Assembly: GCA_964016885.1 (NCBI GenBank) | Contig: OZ024741.1 | Location: forward strand, 158,720,001 to 158,784,000 | From: Eledone cirrhosa | Taxonomy: Eukaryota | Direction: 5' to 3' | Length of the DNA: 64,000 nucleotides | Shown here: one piece after another, positions 24,906 to 37,254 of the stretch | How positions within the stretch are numbered: the first letter of the stretch is position 1 | Layout: every line of letters starts with the position of its first letter | Position numbers and translations under genes: made by a program | The notes under the pieces: model-generated | What the model was told of the DNA's origin: nothing | The model's input: only the letters and a program-made list of their open reading frames with translations | Database searches by the model: none

Positions 24906-25254
24906 CAGGCACGAAGGGTCCGTGCATGCAGTGCATGCGTTATAGAATCTTGAGTTGATCAATTGCATCAGTTGAAGCAAGCAGAATTTTGGCTGCTTAC
25001 TAAAACGTATAGACACAAAAAAAGATAACACATACACATACACACAAACACAAGACAGCTTTGAGGCAAGCAGAATTTTGACTGCTTACTAACTCGTAGA
25101 CACATAAAAAGATAACACACACACTACATACGGCTTTGACTGGGAGGGTCATTTAGAGGGAATTGGGGGGGGGGGGGGTAAGGCTGCACAGCCCCACTTT
25201 CCGCCATGGCGATTGGACTGCATGCCCTGATTTCCAGGTTACCCTTCGCCACTG
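24906..25254. mobile_element. hAT-like MITE with internal ~67-bp tandem duplication
   Basis: CAGgcaCGAAGGGT ... ACCCTTCGccaCTG termini; flanks atatatat/atagatat. Confidence 0.55.
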
Positions 25255-26169
25255 ATAGATATATATATGATGCACATGGATGATGATTGGTGGATGAAAA
25301 AGTACTAAGAACTCCCAGTGGAAAGAAGCTACAGTAGAGGACGACCAAGGATGATCTGATTGGAGGAGGTGAGAGCTGATCTCAAATCTCTGAAGCTCAC
25401 AGAAGAGATGATGCAGGAATACGGCGAGTGGAGAGATGCTAATCTGAAAAAGACCTGTCCAGCCCATGCAAGCATGGCACAATAGACATAATATGTATAT
25501 ATGAATACATACATGCTGGAGTCATGACAAAAAAGCACTCTATGTCTACCCTATGAGGTCTACCCTACTGGTGCCAAAATAAAAAGCACCCAGCTCAACC
25601 TGTAAAGTAGTAATAGTGGTTCCACAGAAAAAGCTCCAAGTACATACTGTATTGTGGTTGGTATTAGGAAAAGCATTCAACCATAGAAATCAAAACCCAA
25701 AACAGATTGTATGAGCAAAGCATGATCACCTGAACTGTCTAGCCTCATAATGTGACAACTTGTCTAACCTAAGTAAACATGGAAAAATGCATTGAATGGT
25801 TGTGGTGATGATGGTGGTGGTGGTGGTGGTGGGGGTGATGATGATGATGGTCGTGGTGGTGGTGATTACGATGATGGTGATGATGATGATGATACTAGGA
25901 TGGGTTTTGTTGCCTTCTCCAGTTGTATTACAGGGGTTATATATACTAAATATTACAGACTAACAGAATATACATCACCACCACTACTGTTTCAAAGCAG
26001 TCAACTATATATATATATTCCATATTGTATCAATTTCCATCAAATGACACATCATAAAGTGGTGGGATTGAGTATGTAATGTTGGCCACATACTGAGATG
26101 AAGCTGACTAGATATAAAGATGGAAGTGAAGGTCAGAACAAAAAGAAAAATATAAAACAATAAAAGATA

Positions 26170-26535
26170 TAATTGTTTCTACTTTTGGCACAAGGCCAGC
26201 AATTTTCCCCAGTGCATTGCTGGTACTTTATTTTATCAACCCCGTAAGAATGAAAGGCAAAGTTAACCTCGGCGGGATTAGCACTCAAACCGTAAAAGGA
26301 CGTAACTCTATGCTGCAAAGTATGGTGTCTGACCCTCTACCGATACTGCCAATATAATAATTGTTTCTACGTTTGGCACAAGGCCAGCAATTACCCAGTA
26401 CTTTATTTTATTGACCCTGTAAGGATGAAAGGCAAAGTTAACCTCGGTGGGATTTGAACTCAGAATGGCAAGGCCTGTAACTCTATGCGTCAAAACATGG
26501 CGTCCGACCCTCTACCGAGACTGCTAATCCACCGG
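26170..26535 (-). mobile_element. Two tandem antisense tRNA-type SINEs
   Basis: Reverse complements of the 39354/51281 family. Confidence 0.85.
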
Positions 26536-27523
26536 TGAGAGTATATAAACAAACATAAAGATTAACCCTACATTACTCTATACATACTATTATATTTACA
26601 TTACTCTATATATACTATTGTATTTACATTACTCTATATTTACTATATTTACATTACTCTATAAATACTATTATATTTACATTACTCTATATTTACTATT
26701 GTATTTTTGTGGTAAAGACTTTACCTCATAATTATCTCACATAATATTGAATCTACGAGATTTTGATGTTATTTATTTTGAGAACAGTGCCTTAACATCA
26801 GTATGAGAGACTGGTTATGGCCTGTTTGAACAGAAAGAGGTGAAAGAATTCAGGCCGAATATGGCCAGTTTAAATTCCAAAAGGATAAAACAGAAAAATA
26901 AAAAGCAAAGAATATGAAAAAGTGGTTGTGTAGGAGACACGGTAAAAAGGCTCCCAGTCCACACTGTAAATGTGGTTAATGTTAGGAAGGGCATCCTGTC
27001 GTAGGAAACCTGCAAGAGACACTTCCATACGAGCGAGACACGATCTCCCGACCAATCCCGCATCAAATGGAAAGAAACCGTATAACCCATGCTAGCATGA
27101 AAAATGGATGTTAAACGATGATGAAGATGATGATGATGATGAAAAGTTATACAAAATATATTACAAAAACAAAATTACATAAATAATATATAAATAAAAA
27201 ATATATTATATAACTAATTAATTAATAAGCAGAATAAAATGTAAACAAAAAGTAAAAATATAAAAGAATAAAGAAAAAAGTATATATCTACATATACACA
27301 TGCATACACACGCAATCCAAACACATTTTTTCCAATTCCAACTCGCCCGTCCCTTCAATCTATCTTATTTCTCATTCTTTCTTCTGATGAATGACTAGCG
27401 TCCGAAACGGCAAGACCCTCTTCCTGCTATATCAAGCATTAACCTAATATATCCCTTCCATATACTGTACCGATTGTATTGTTATTTCTGTTTACCTTTT
27501 ACATACATATATATATATATATA

Positions 27524-28408
27524 CGAGTGGTGTCAGAAAAGTTCCAGGACTGATGTCACAAAAGATTTATTTCAAACCCAAACTTCACACTAAGAGTTTT
27601 CTCCTTCAAAGTAATCCCCTGGAGTCTAATGCACTTTTCCATCCTTTTCTGCCACGCTTGCATGCACTCCTGGAAGGATTCTTCCGGGATCCTCCACAGT
27701 TCCGTCGTCACTGCCTTTTTGATGTAGTCCACGTCTTCAAAACGGGTCCCCTCCGGGTCATACTCGAAGATCCATGACTCATCAGCGTTGATGACTGTCC
27801 CTAGCAAGTCTGGTTCGGTTTCAAGACGCTCGAGGATGTCCTGGCACACTTGCATGCGTCGACCCTTCTGGTCATCGTTCAGCAATTTTTGGCACCATCT
27901 TCGCGCAGACTTTCCGCATGTCCAAATCTTCAGTGAGAATCTTCCAGACGCTGTCCCGATTCATGCCCAGCTCATTTGCCATCAGCCAAACAGTCAGCCG
28001 ACGATCGCTACGCACCATCTGCCTGACGCGCCCAACGTTGCCCTCAGTCCTGGTTGTTGAGAGTCTTCCGCTCCTGGGGTCATCTTCCACGTCCTCGCGT
28101 CCTTCTTTAAACTTCTTGCACCACTCAAAAACACTTGCTGCAGCAATCCCAGTGCTTCTGACGGAGTTTTCCCCAACCGTACCAGAAACATTCAAGTTTG
28201 TTCGTTGCTCTGTGCTCATTGCTTGACGACCTGAAACAGAGGACATATATATAAAATTATGAAGAACAAAGTTTGATCGCTGCAGAGAGCTAAGATTACA
28301 GTTACATACTCCAGGGGGATTACTTTGAAGGAGAAAACTCTTAGTGTGAAGTTTGGGTTTTAAATAAATCTTTTGTGACATCAGTCCTGGAACTTTTCTG
28401 ACACACCT
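27524..28408 (-). mobile_element. Internally deleted mariner element with ~100-bp TIRs in a (TA)n tract
   Basis: TIRs 27524-27620 and ~28310-28408; minus-strand HTH (EWCKKFKEGREDVEDDPRSGR), KMVPK, DESWIFEYDPE fused to GTRFEDV C-terminus. Confidence 0.92.
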
Positions 28409-28559
28409 TATATATATATATATATATAACTATACTGTACCGATTCTGTTGTTATTTCTGTTTACATTTTACACACACATATATATATATATATAATAAA
28501 ATATATTTGATCACATGAATGTCTATATTTATTAATATTTTGAATTAATATATATATAT

Positions 28560-28590
<31 letters not shown>

Positions 28591-28761
28591 CAACAAAAGC
28601 TGATACAACTATGGTGGTGGTGGTGGTATTTGTGTTGGGTGTGGCATTGATAGTGGTAATGGTGGTAGTGGTGGTGGTGGAGGCATTTGTATTGGTGATG
28701 GTGTTGGTGGTAGTAATGGTGATGATGATAGTACAGTATGTTTTATTATTTTCATTCACAG

Positions 28762-28959
28762 ATTTCGTCACTGGTGCCTTTCTCTCAGATCAAGCAGTTT
28801 TATTGTATTCAAGAGAAATAAAAGCTGAAAGCAACATCACTGCTGATCCCAAAGAATTAGATCCTTCAGATGCCAGATGTTTTGGAGATGTCTTCACTTC
28901 TGATTGTCTCACTTTAATATTGTGTATTAAACTCAAAGGAAAAAACTTAAAAGATATCA
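28762..28959 (+). CDS. Integrin alpha exon F (end of propeller, start of thigh)
   Basis: ttcattcacag|(D)FVTGAFLSDQAVLLYSRE...CFGDVFTSDCLTLILCIKLKGKNLKDI|gtaagc; phase 1 to 1. Confidence 0.94.
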
Positions 28960-30982
28960 GTAAGCTTTAAAAATCTTTCAATATTTTATCGAGAGCAAGG
29001 TAGGTTGAGTGAATAGAACACTACTCAGCATGCAGAGAAGGAAGTGGTTTGTCTCATAGCAACAGCATACAAAGGCACTTAACCCTTTTGTAACTATATT
29101 TCTAATGAAAGACATTGTCTATAATTTTTAAATCATTTTGAAAATAATCAAGAATTTGGAGGGATTTAGTAATATAACTTTCTTATCAAGCTTGTCTTTG
29201 AAACAAAGCTTTAAAAAGGTTTTTATATAAAATTATGATGGGAGGTTTTTAAATAAATATAAATCCTTTAACCCTTTAGCTACCCTATTTCTAATGAAAG
29301 ACACTGTCTGTAAATTATTTTGAAAAAATCAAGAATTTGAACAGATTTAGTAATACAACTTACTTTATATTTATTAAGCTGTTCTTTGGAACATAATTTA
29401 ACAAAGTTTCTTACATAAAATTATGATGGACAATTTTTAGATAAATATAAACTGTAAATGAAGTTGGCATTAGGAAGGTCATCCAGCAGTAGAAACCAAG
29501 CCAGAAACAGCACTGTATGAGCAAGACATAGTCATCTGACTTGGCTTGTCTCACAGCAGGACAACTCGTCTAACCAATGCTAGTATGGAAAAATGGACAT
29601 TAAATGGTGATGATGATGATGACAAACATCTTAAAACTAAGTTTTGAATCACAGAACCAAGTGTGTTTTCATGTGGTTTGGTATCAAAAGGGTTAATAGT
29701 TAAATGATACTGTCCATTCAACTGAAATTGGTACCATGGAGTAGGAACAACTTGTTACACATTAAGCAACACTTTAAAATTGACAAATGGGTTCCTAGCT
29801 TCCTGTGGGGAGTTCAGTTATTTCTATAGTTTTACCAAAATTGAGATGGTCTCTGCCAAACTAATTTACCATAGATATATTAGATCATATAGGCAGTCCA
29901 TTTGGCAGAGTCAGTAGAACATTAGTTGTTTGTTCTTTGTTCAAATCTTGTCAAGGAATACTTTAGTTTTTTAGCCATTCAGGGTCAATAAAGAAAGTAT
30001 CAGCCCAATGCTAGTGCAGTAAGCTTTTCTTCCAGTTGTAACATCCTAGATCAAGAGAGGGAGGGTTGAGAGGTTGTCTGAGTCTGCTTGCAACTACATG
30101 GGCACCTAAAACCCTGAATGAAAACTTGTTATGTTCTACCAAGTCATACACAATTGCGAGTAATGGCTGTTGTTAGTTTTACTATATCACATGAAGATAT
30201 GATGTCATACCTCTTACCATAGATATTTTACATTATAAATATACTACCATCTTATTTACCATAAATATACTACATTAAAGATATACTATCATATAATTTA
30301 CCATAGATGTGTTATATTACAGCTATATTGCCATTTAGTTCACCATATATATGTTATTAAATAATAATAATAATAATTAAATTATTGTGTATAGTGCTCT
30401 GATGCAGTACGATATATTACAGCTATATTACCATTTAATTTACCATAGATATACTATATTATAGATACACCTCCATGACCACTTTGCATTCTGGCTGGCT
30501 ATGGCCGGTTTAAATGCTAAAGGGTATAACATTGGGTCCAAAGTCCTTCAATAGGATTATGGCTTCCATCATTAAAACATCCAAGAGACATTCTATGAGA
30601 TGCAAACAAATGGGAGGCAGGTTAAACTGCACTGGTGTGAGCAGTAATAATTGTTTCTACTTTTGGCACAAGGCCAGCAATTAACCCAGTGCACAATTGA
30701 CCCCGTAAGGATGAAAGGCAAAGTTAACCTCGGCGGGATTTGAACTCAGACCATAAAGGGGCGTAACTCAATGCTGCAAAGCATGGCGTCCGACCTTATA
30801 GACACAAGACCAGCAATTTCAAGCTTCATTACTTAACTGGTACTTTATTTTATTGATCTGGAAGAATAAAAAGCAAAGTTAACTTCAGCAGAATTTCAAT
30901 TCAAAAATATACTAACATTTTTTCTCCCACTCCTCTCATTGTTTCTTGTTTGACATACTTCACTCATTTTTTTTTCTGGCAG

Positions 30983-31119
30983 AAACTGTTATCAATGTTG
31001 GTGTTGATATTGATCAAGAAGAAAGCAAGAAACGAGTTGCTTTAATACATTCAAATATCTACAAAGTAATCCTTCATAATGAAGAGATAAACTGTACTCA
31101 TATTCATCTGAAAACACGG
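30983..31119 (+). CDS. Integrin alpha exon G (thigh)
   Basis: tttttctggcag|(K)TVINVGVDIDQEESKKRVAL...NCTHIHLKTR|gtatgt; phase 1 to 0. Confidence 0.9.
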
Positions 31120-32004
31120 GTATGTAAAAACAAAGCCTATTAGGTTTACCCTTTCTTTAACTCCTTTTCACATATATTTAACTAAGAATGTCAATTGTCT
31201 TAACTTCATCCAGATCAAACCAAAGCCATCCATGAACTCATACACTTACATTCAACCTCCTTCACCAGACCTAAACCTCTCAGGAAGAGTGAAATCACAT
31301 GTGTCCTTCTAAACCATGTTCCAACTTTCCCAACAAAACAGCCACTGGCCTGCACCAATTACTGATATGGGGATGATAGACATCATCAGGCTGCGGCTGT
31401 CATTTATGTAGTATCTATATACTAATCTGAAGCATATTGGCTATGGTATTATGTTGGGTGACTATTTTTAGGACCATAACTCTACTTGCTCCAGTTTGCT
31501 TAGTATCAAAAGGGTTTAAACACAGGCATGTACGCACACGCATACACACATGTGCACACACACACACACACGCACGCACGCACGCACACACACACACTCA
31601 GCGACATCCAAATATGCAAAAATGGTTGTGTTTGCAGGCAAGTGGATGTGCCATTTTATTCCAGCTGGCTGTTATAGGAAATTCATTTAATTTTATTAAT
31701 TTTAATCAAAGGCTCATAGAACAGTATGTAAGATTGAAACAGAAAAAGATATATTGTAGACTATCAAACCCATGATAGCTCACAAAGAATTAATGAAAAC
31801 ATTAAAGCCATTGGCTCAGTGAAACTTGACTAGCAGTCAACCAAGATACATATAACATAACACATACAACTCTGCTACAAGTATTAAGTCACTCTCATCA
31901 ATAAATGTTTGTTGATATTTTCATACCTATAAATTTACACCCCAATATTAACATATCTATCTATCTTGCTAGCAGAGAAAACATATGTTAAATGATGATG
32001 ATGA

Positions 32005-33723
32005 GAGAAAGACAGTCTCCCCCATATCGACCCGATAGAGGGACCAGCAGTGTTAGTCGAGGGGAGTATAATAAGTAAGGCAATCAAGGATATGAAGACG
32101 GGTAAGGCGGCTGGGCCTTCGGAAATAGTTGCTGAGATGCTGAAGGCATCTGGCACGGTGGGACACACCATGGTCACCCGCATAGTTAACCAAGTCGTAC
32201 AGAATGGGGTTGTTCCGAAGGACTGGCATAGCAGCATCATCGTTAACTGTTATAAGGGTAAAGGAGACGCCCTAGATAGGAGTAACTATAGAGGCATTAA
32301 ATTAATCGACCAGGTCATGAAGGTCACGGAAAAAGTAATAGCGCAACTAATCAGAGAGAGAATTGACCTAGATGAAATGCAGTTCGGGTTTGTGTCAGGC
32401 AAAAGCACCACAGACGCTCTTTTCATAGTACGACAACTACAGGAGAAGTACCTAGCTAAAGGTAAACCCCTCTACTTAGCTTTTGTCGACCTGGAGAAAG
32501 CCTTCGACAGAGTCCCCCGCTCCATTATCTGGTGGGCTCTTAGAAAACTAGGCGTTGACGAATGGCTTGTGAGGGCTATACAAGCCATGTATAAAGAAAC
32601 AGTCAGCAAGGTTAGAATTAACAACGAATATAGTGAAGAGTTTAGCGTAAGAGTTGGCGTCCATCAGGGCTCTGTTCTCAGCCCCCTACTATTTATTATT
32701 GCCCTTCAGACTATAACAGAGGAGTTCAAGACAGGCTGCCCATGGGAACTCCTATACGCAGACGACCTGACACTCATAGCGGAATCAATGGCCGAGCTAG
32801 AGAAGAAATTCCAAACATGGAAGCACGGCCTAGAGTCAAAAGGACTTAAAATTAACCTGGCTAAGACCAAAGTTCTAGTTTGTAGGAAAGAAAACAAGGC
32901 GGCGGTCCCTTCTGGGAAATGGTCGTGCTCGGTGTGTAGGAAAGGCGTAGGTAGAAACTCCATTTTATGTCCTAAATGCAAAGTATGGGTGCATAAAAGA
33001 TGTAGTGGGATCACAGGTAAGCTAACTAAGAACATAGATTTTACATGTGGCCGGTGTTCTGGTGCAATAAGTAGCAGCAAGTGCCCACAAAATACTAGCT
33101 CTTTCAATTGCGCAGAGGGTTCTATAGAAATAGTGGACAGCTTCCGTTACCTGGGCGATAAAATCAGCAGTGGGGGAGGGTGCTCTGAAAGTACTGTAGC
33201 TAGAGTCAGAACTGGTTGGAAAAAGTTCAGAGAGCTTATACCACTATTAGCTGCTAAAGGGTTCTCCCTAAAAATGAAAGGCAGGTTGTACGATGCCTGC
33301 ATACGAACAGCAATGTTGCATGGTAGTGAGACCTGGGCATTGTGTGCAGAGGATATACGCAGACTAGAGAGGAACGAAGCTTGCATGCTCCGCTGGATGT
33401 GTAACAGTAATATACGTGAACGGCAAAGCATAAACGAACTAAGGAAAAAATTAGAGATAAGAGGGATCAGATGTTGTTTACTCGAGAGAAGACTACGTTG
33501 GTATGGTCATGTGATGCGCATGAAAGACGACAGCTGTATAAAAAAGTGCAGGGCAATAAAGATAGACGGTAGCCACGGAATAGGCAGACCTAGAAAAACA
33601 TGGGATGAGCTGATAAACTCCGACCTCACACACTTACACCTCTCCAAGACAATGTCACTGGACCGAGACCTTTGGCGGTACTCAGTAACAGAGAAGACCC
33701 GCCTTGCCAGTAGGCATCTCTAA
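32005..33723 (+). CDS. RTE reverse transcriptase ORF (no endonuclease, no native start), with PHD-like Cys/His insert
   Basis: GKAAGP, NYRGIKL, QFGF, FVDLEKAFD, GVHQGSVLSP, YADD, FRYLG; CSVC..CPKC..WVHKRC..CGRC. Confidence 0.93.
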   Translation, partial: EKDSLPHIDPIEGPAVLVEGSIISKAIKDMKTGKAAGPSEIVAEMLKASGTVGHTMVTRIVNQVVQNGVVPKDWHSSIIVNCYKGKGDALDRSNYRGIKLIDQVMKVTEKVIAQLIRERIDLDEMQFGFVSGKSTTDALFIVRQLQEKYLAKGKPLYLAFVDLEKAFDRVPRSIIWWALRKLGVDEWLVRAIQAMYKETVSKVRINNEYSEEFSVRVGVHQGSVLSPLLFIIALQTITEEFKTGCPWELLYADDLTLIAESMAELEKKFQTWKHGLESKGLKINLAKTKVLVCRKENKAAVPSGKWSCSVCRKGVGRNSILCPKCKVWVHKRCSGITGKLTKNIDFTCGRCSGAISSSKCPQNTSSFNCAEGSIEIVDSFRYLGDKISSGGGCSESTVARVRTGWKKFRELIPLLAAKGFSLKMKGRLYDACIRTAMLHGSETWALCAEDIRRLERNEACMLRWMCNSNIRERQSINELRKKLEIRGIRCCLLERRLRWYGHVMRMKDDSCIKKCRAIKIDGSHGIGRPRKTWDELINSDLTHLHLSKTMSLDRDLWRYSVTEKTRLASRHL

Positions 33724-34070
33724 CAAAATACACCCCGTCCCGCCACCACCCCCACCCCATCCACACCACCCCGTTCTATGTAAAGTTATGTTGGTGCCGC
33801 GCCATCGAGGCCGAAACAAATGAGATCGTGTAGGTGTCACGACAAAAAAACACACAGTCCACGCTGTAATGTGGCCGTGTAGGCAACACGGTAAAAACCT
33901 CCCAGACCCACACTGTAAATGTGGTTGGTGTTAGGAAGGGCATCCAACTGTAGAAAACCTGCCAGACAGTCCTATGCGAGCAAGACAATCACTCTTGCCT
34001 CAAGTGGGACTACCCCCGTCCAAACCCATGCAAGCGTGGAACACGGACGTTAAACGTTGATGATGATGAT
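32005..34070 (+). mobile_element. Young 5'-truncated RTE-clade LINE with 3' UTR subrepeats and (GAT)n tail
   Basis: Uninterrupted RT ORF, UTR 33724-34058, tail gatgatgatgat. Confidence 0.95.
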
Positions 34071-34366
34071 ATACACATATACAACCCCATGACATGCTGC
34101 TCTCCCATAATGCTGTTGTGACGACAAAGCATCTAGCCTTTCCTGTACTGTACAGTGATAGTGCTGGTGCCACCCTGTAAGGTGGTCATGCTGGCACCAC
34201 AATAAAAGCACTCAATCCACCCTGTAAAGTTGTCATACTGGTACCACAACAAAAAAACCCAGCCCACCCTGCTGGTGATACAACAAAAAGTGTCCAGTCC
34301 ACTGTTTAGTGTGAGTAGTTTGATTGTTTCTGCTGGGGTCTATTTCTTTTACAATAACAAGAGTAA

Positions 34367-34379
<13 letters not shown>

Positions 34380-34406
<27 letters not shown>

Positions 34407-35133
34407 ACAAAGTTTTCTGTATGTGTGTGTGGACAATTTTTAATGAGGGCTCATATATTCTAAACCATTCATGCGATTTCTTTGAAATTTTTTACAGAGC
34501 TTCTCCTTGCACAAAACCTGTACATGATCTGCAAGGGCTTTCAAAAATCGATATTGGGGCCTTTGGAGACATTAAAAAATGTTCAGTTATTTGTGTCACT
34601 TTTGGTGATTAATTAAGACAAGAGTTATCTTTAAGTAAGACAAGAGTTATCTTTCGTAATTCAGCTCATTCGGATTTTAATTAACTCTTTGTACTTGAAA
34701 CAAAAGGTACGCTTCCTTGAGACTAACAATATCATTTTGTATATTTCACAACCAGTAATTTCTAACAGATTACTAAGTTAAGTTATAGATTTGACATTGT
34801 ATAATTTATCGTTTCAAGCTTGATGTTCATACATTAAGTAATGTCATAACTTTTACAATATTATGCTTTGTACATAATAGTGTCTATTATTCACTTCTCT
34901 ATATCATCATGCGCTTTTACTGTTGTCAAAAAAATTTATACCTAGACTGGATTTCTGTTGTTACATGGTATAACGGATGACACCGAGCTCACATATTAAT
35001 TATTTCGTGCCTAAGGTTTTCATGTTTAAATAAAGTACGTTTTTCTTCTATGTATTCAAATTTACTTTGTTTAGTTTAATGAGCTACATCGAAATCTACT
35101 TGAACCGTCCAAAGTACGGGTACGTTTAGGTAG
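34380..35133 (+). mobile_element. Non-autonomous Helitron-like element
   Basis: 5' tatatataaagacaaagttttctgtatgtgtg; 3' hairpin ccgt-ccaaagt-acgg then (g)TAG|t. Confidence 0.55.
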
Positions 35134-37134
35134 TATATATATATATATATATAAATATATGTGGGTGTCGGGTTCAATTGGGGGGGGGGGGGGTAACCCC
35201 AGAGTAAGTAAGGTACTCAATACATAGTAGAGTATATACCATATTTAATATAGAAATAGTTTCTACAGGACTAGAACTGTTTCATTTGAGGGATATCATC
35301 AGGAAAGCCGCTGACTGTCATTGTGGTATGGTGGTACTTATATGTTTTCTGGTGGTGGGGGAAGGTAGTGATTAGGATGGGTGGATGTAATTGTGCAAGG
35401 TCAGCTTTTATTACCTATTCTCAAGTCTTCCTAGGTTTGGCTTAGCTTAGCTCTGTCGAGTTCAGCTTGGCTTAGCTTAGCCCAGCTTGGGGATCCAGTG
35501 TCAGATTAGATCAGGTATCAGATCAGGTCTGGTATCGGGTCAGATCCAGTATCAAATCCTGTGTCAGATCAGATCCAGTACCAAATCCAGTATCAGATCT
35601 GGTATCGAATCAGATCCAATGCCAGATCAAATCCGGTCTCTGATCAGATCCTGTGTTGGATAGATCTGGTGTTGGATCAGGTCTAGTATTGGGTCAAATC
35701 AGATGAACACAGCTCTGTCTAGCTCAGTTTGGCTTGGCTTAATTTAGCTATCTCCACACTACCAATATTGTCCAAGGGAAAGGCAAAAGCTGATACAACA
35801 GTGCACCATTGTTCTTTATATTTCCCAGCTGAGTGGATTATGAGCATTGTGAAAGTAAAGTGTCTTGGTCAAGGATACAACACATTGCTTGTTCCAGGAA
35901 TCGAACTCACAACCTCACTCACAAGCCCTTACAACTGAGATTTAAGGGAATTGTCATCACCATTTCTCAGGAATGTGAACCCTGGTTAACCCCCCCCCCC
36001 TACACACATACACACACCTGCTCCCAATATACACTATCTGCTCTAAATACACACACACATACACTTACTCCCAATACACATATACATATTCCCAATACAC
36101 ACACACCTGCTCCCAATACACACACACTTGCAAGTTACTGCACACATATTTCATACAGTACCCCAGGACTAACATATATATACAACATACAGAAAATAGC
36201 ACTACTAAGTACTGTACACATATTACATGGAGTACTCCAGGACTTACTATATATATAGAGCATACGGAAAATAGAACTACCTGGTACTGGATACATATTT
36301 CATAAAGTACCCAGTCCACACTGTAAAGTGGCCATGTAGGTGTTACGACAAAAAGCACCCAGTACTCATTGTAAATGAGGTTGGCGCTAGGAAGGACATC
36401 CAACTGTAGAAAAATTGGTTCTATATGAGCAAGACATGGTCACCTGACCTGGCATTGTTCCCAACAGGGCAACTCGTCTAACCCATGCCAGCATGGAAAC
36501 ATTGATGTTAAACGGGAATGATGATGATGATAATATATACATATATATATATATGTATATATATATATACACAGTACAGAGGTAATTGAGACTGCATAAA
36601 TGTGTATATAAATTTACACATTGAGTATTTAGACATGTAATCATACCAAAATTTACATATTTCCCTGAAAATTGAAAAATGGATAAGTATCTTGAATTTA
36701 TTTTTAAACAGTTAGGGGTTCTCATCAGAAGATATATCAGCTAAAAAACATATCTTTACAAAGTATTTATCTATATTTTTCGATGATGGTGACATGACAA
36801 AAAGTGCCCAGTCCACCCTGTAAGGAGGTCGCGCTGGTGACATGACAAAAGTGCCCAGTCTACTCTGTTGTAATGTGAGCTTTTTTCATGGGACCAGCTC
36901 TACTTTATATATATTTCCAGTTTAGAATTAGTACACTATATCCCTGTATGTTGTAAGAAGCACCAAAAACGGAAGAGTATCTGGCTGTAAAATGTTGCCC
37001 TCAAAAGTCCTGCCCAACTTATGCCACCATGGAAAAGTCTACATAAAAACAATGGTGAGAATGACGATGATGATGACGATATATATCTTTTATCTTCCTT
37101 TTGTCTTGTAATTTTACTTTTTTTTCAATTCCAG

Positions 37135-37254
37135 AAAACCAACAATATTTTCTCACCTGTGATCATGCAGTTTAGAGTGTCTTATAGCATCAATGACAGT
37201 TGCATTGACTGCTCTGTTCAAAATTTACTTGACACGACAGTACTGAGGAAAGAA
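37135..37254 (+). CDS. Integrin alpha exon H (thigh)
   Basis: caattccag|KTNNIFSPVIMQFRVSYSINDSCIDCSVQNLLDTTVLRKE|gtaagt; phase 0 to 0. Confidence 0.92.

Noticed and set aside
32706-33431. Antisense ORFs over RT, transposase and mariner regions
   Set aside because: Shadow frames of transposon coding sequence.
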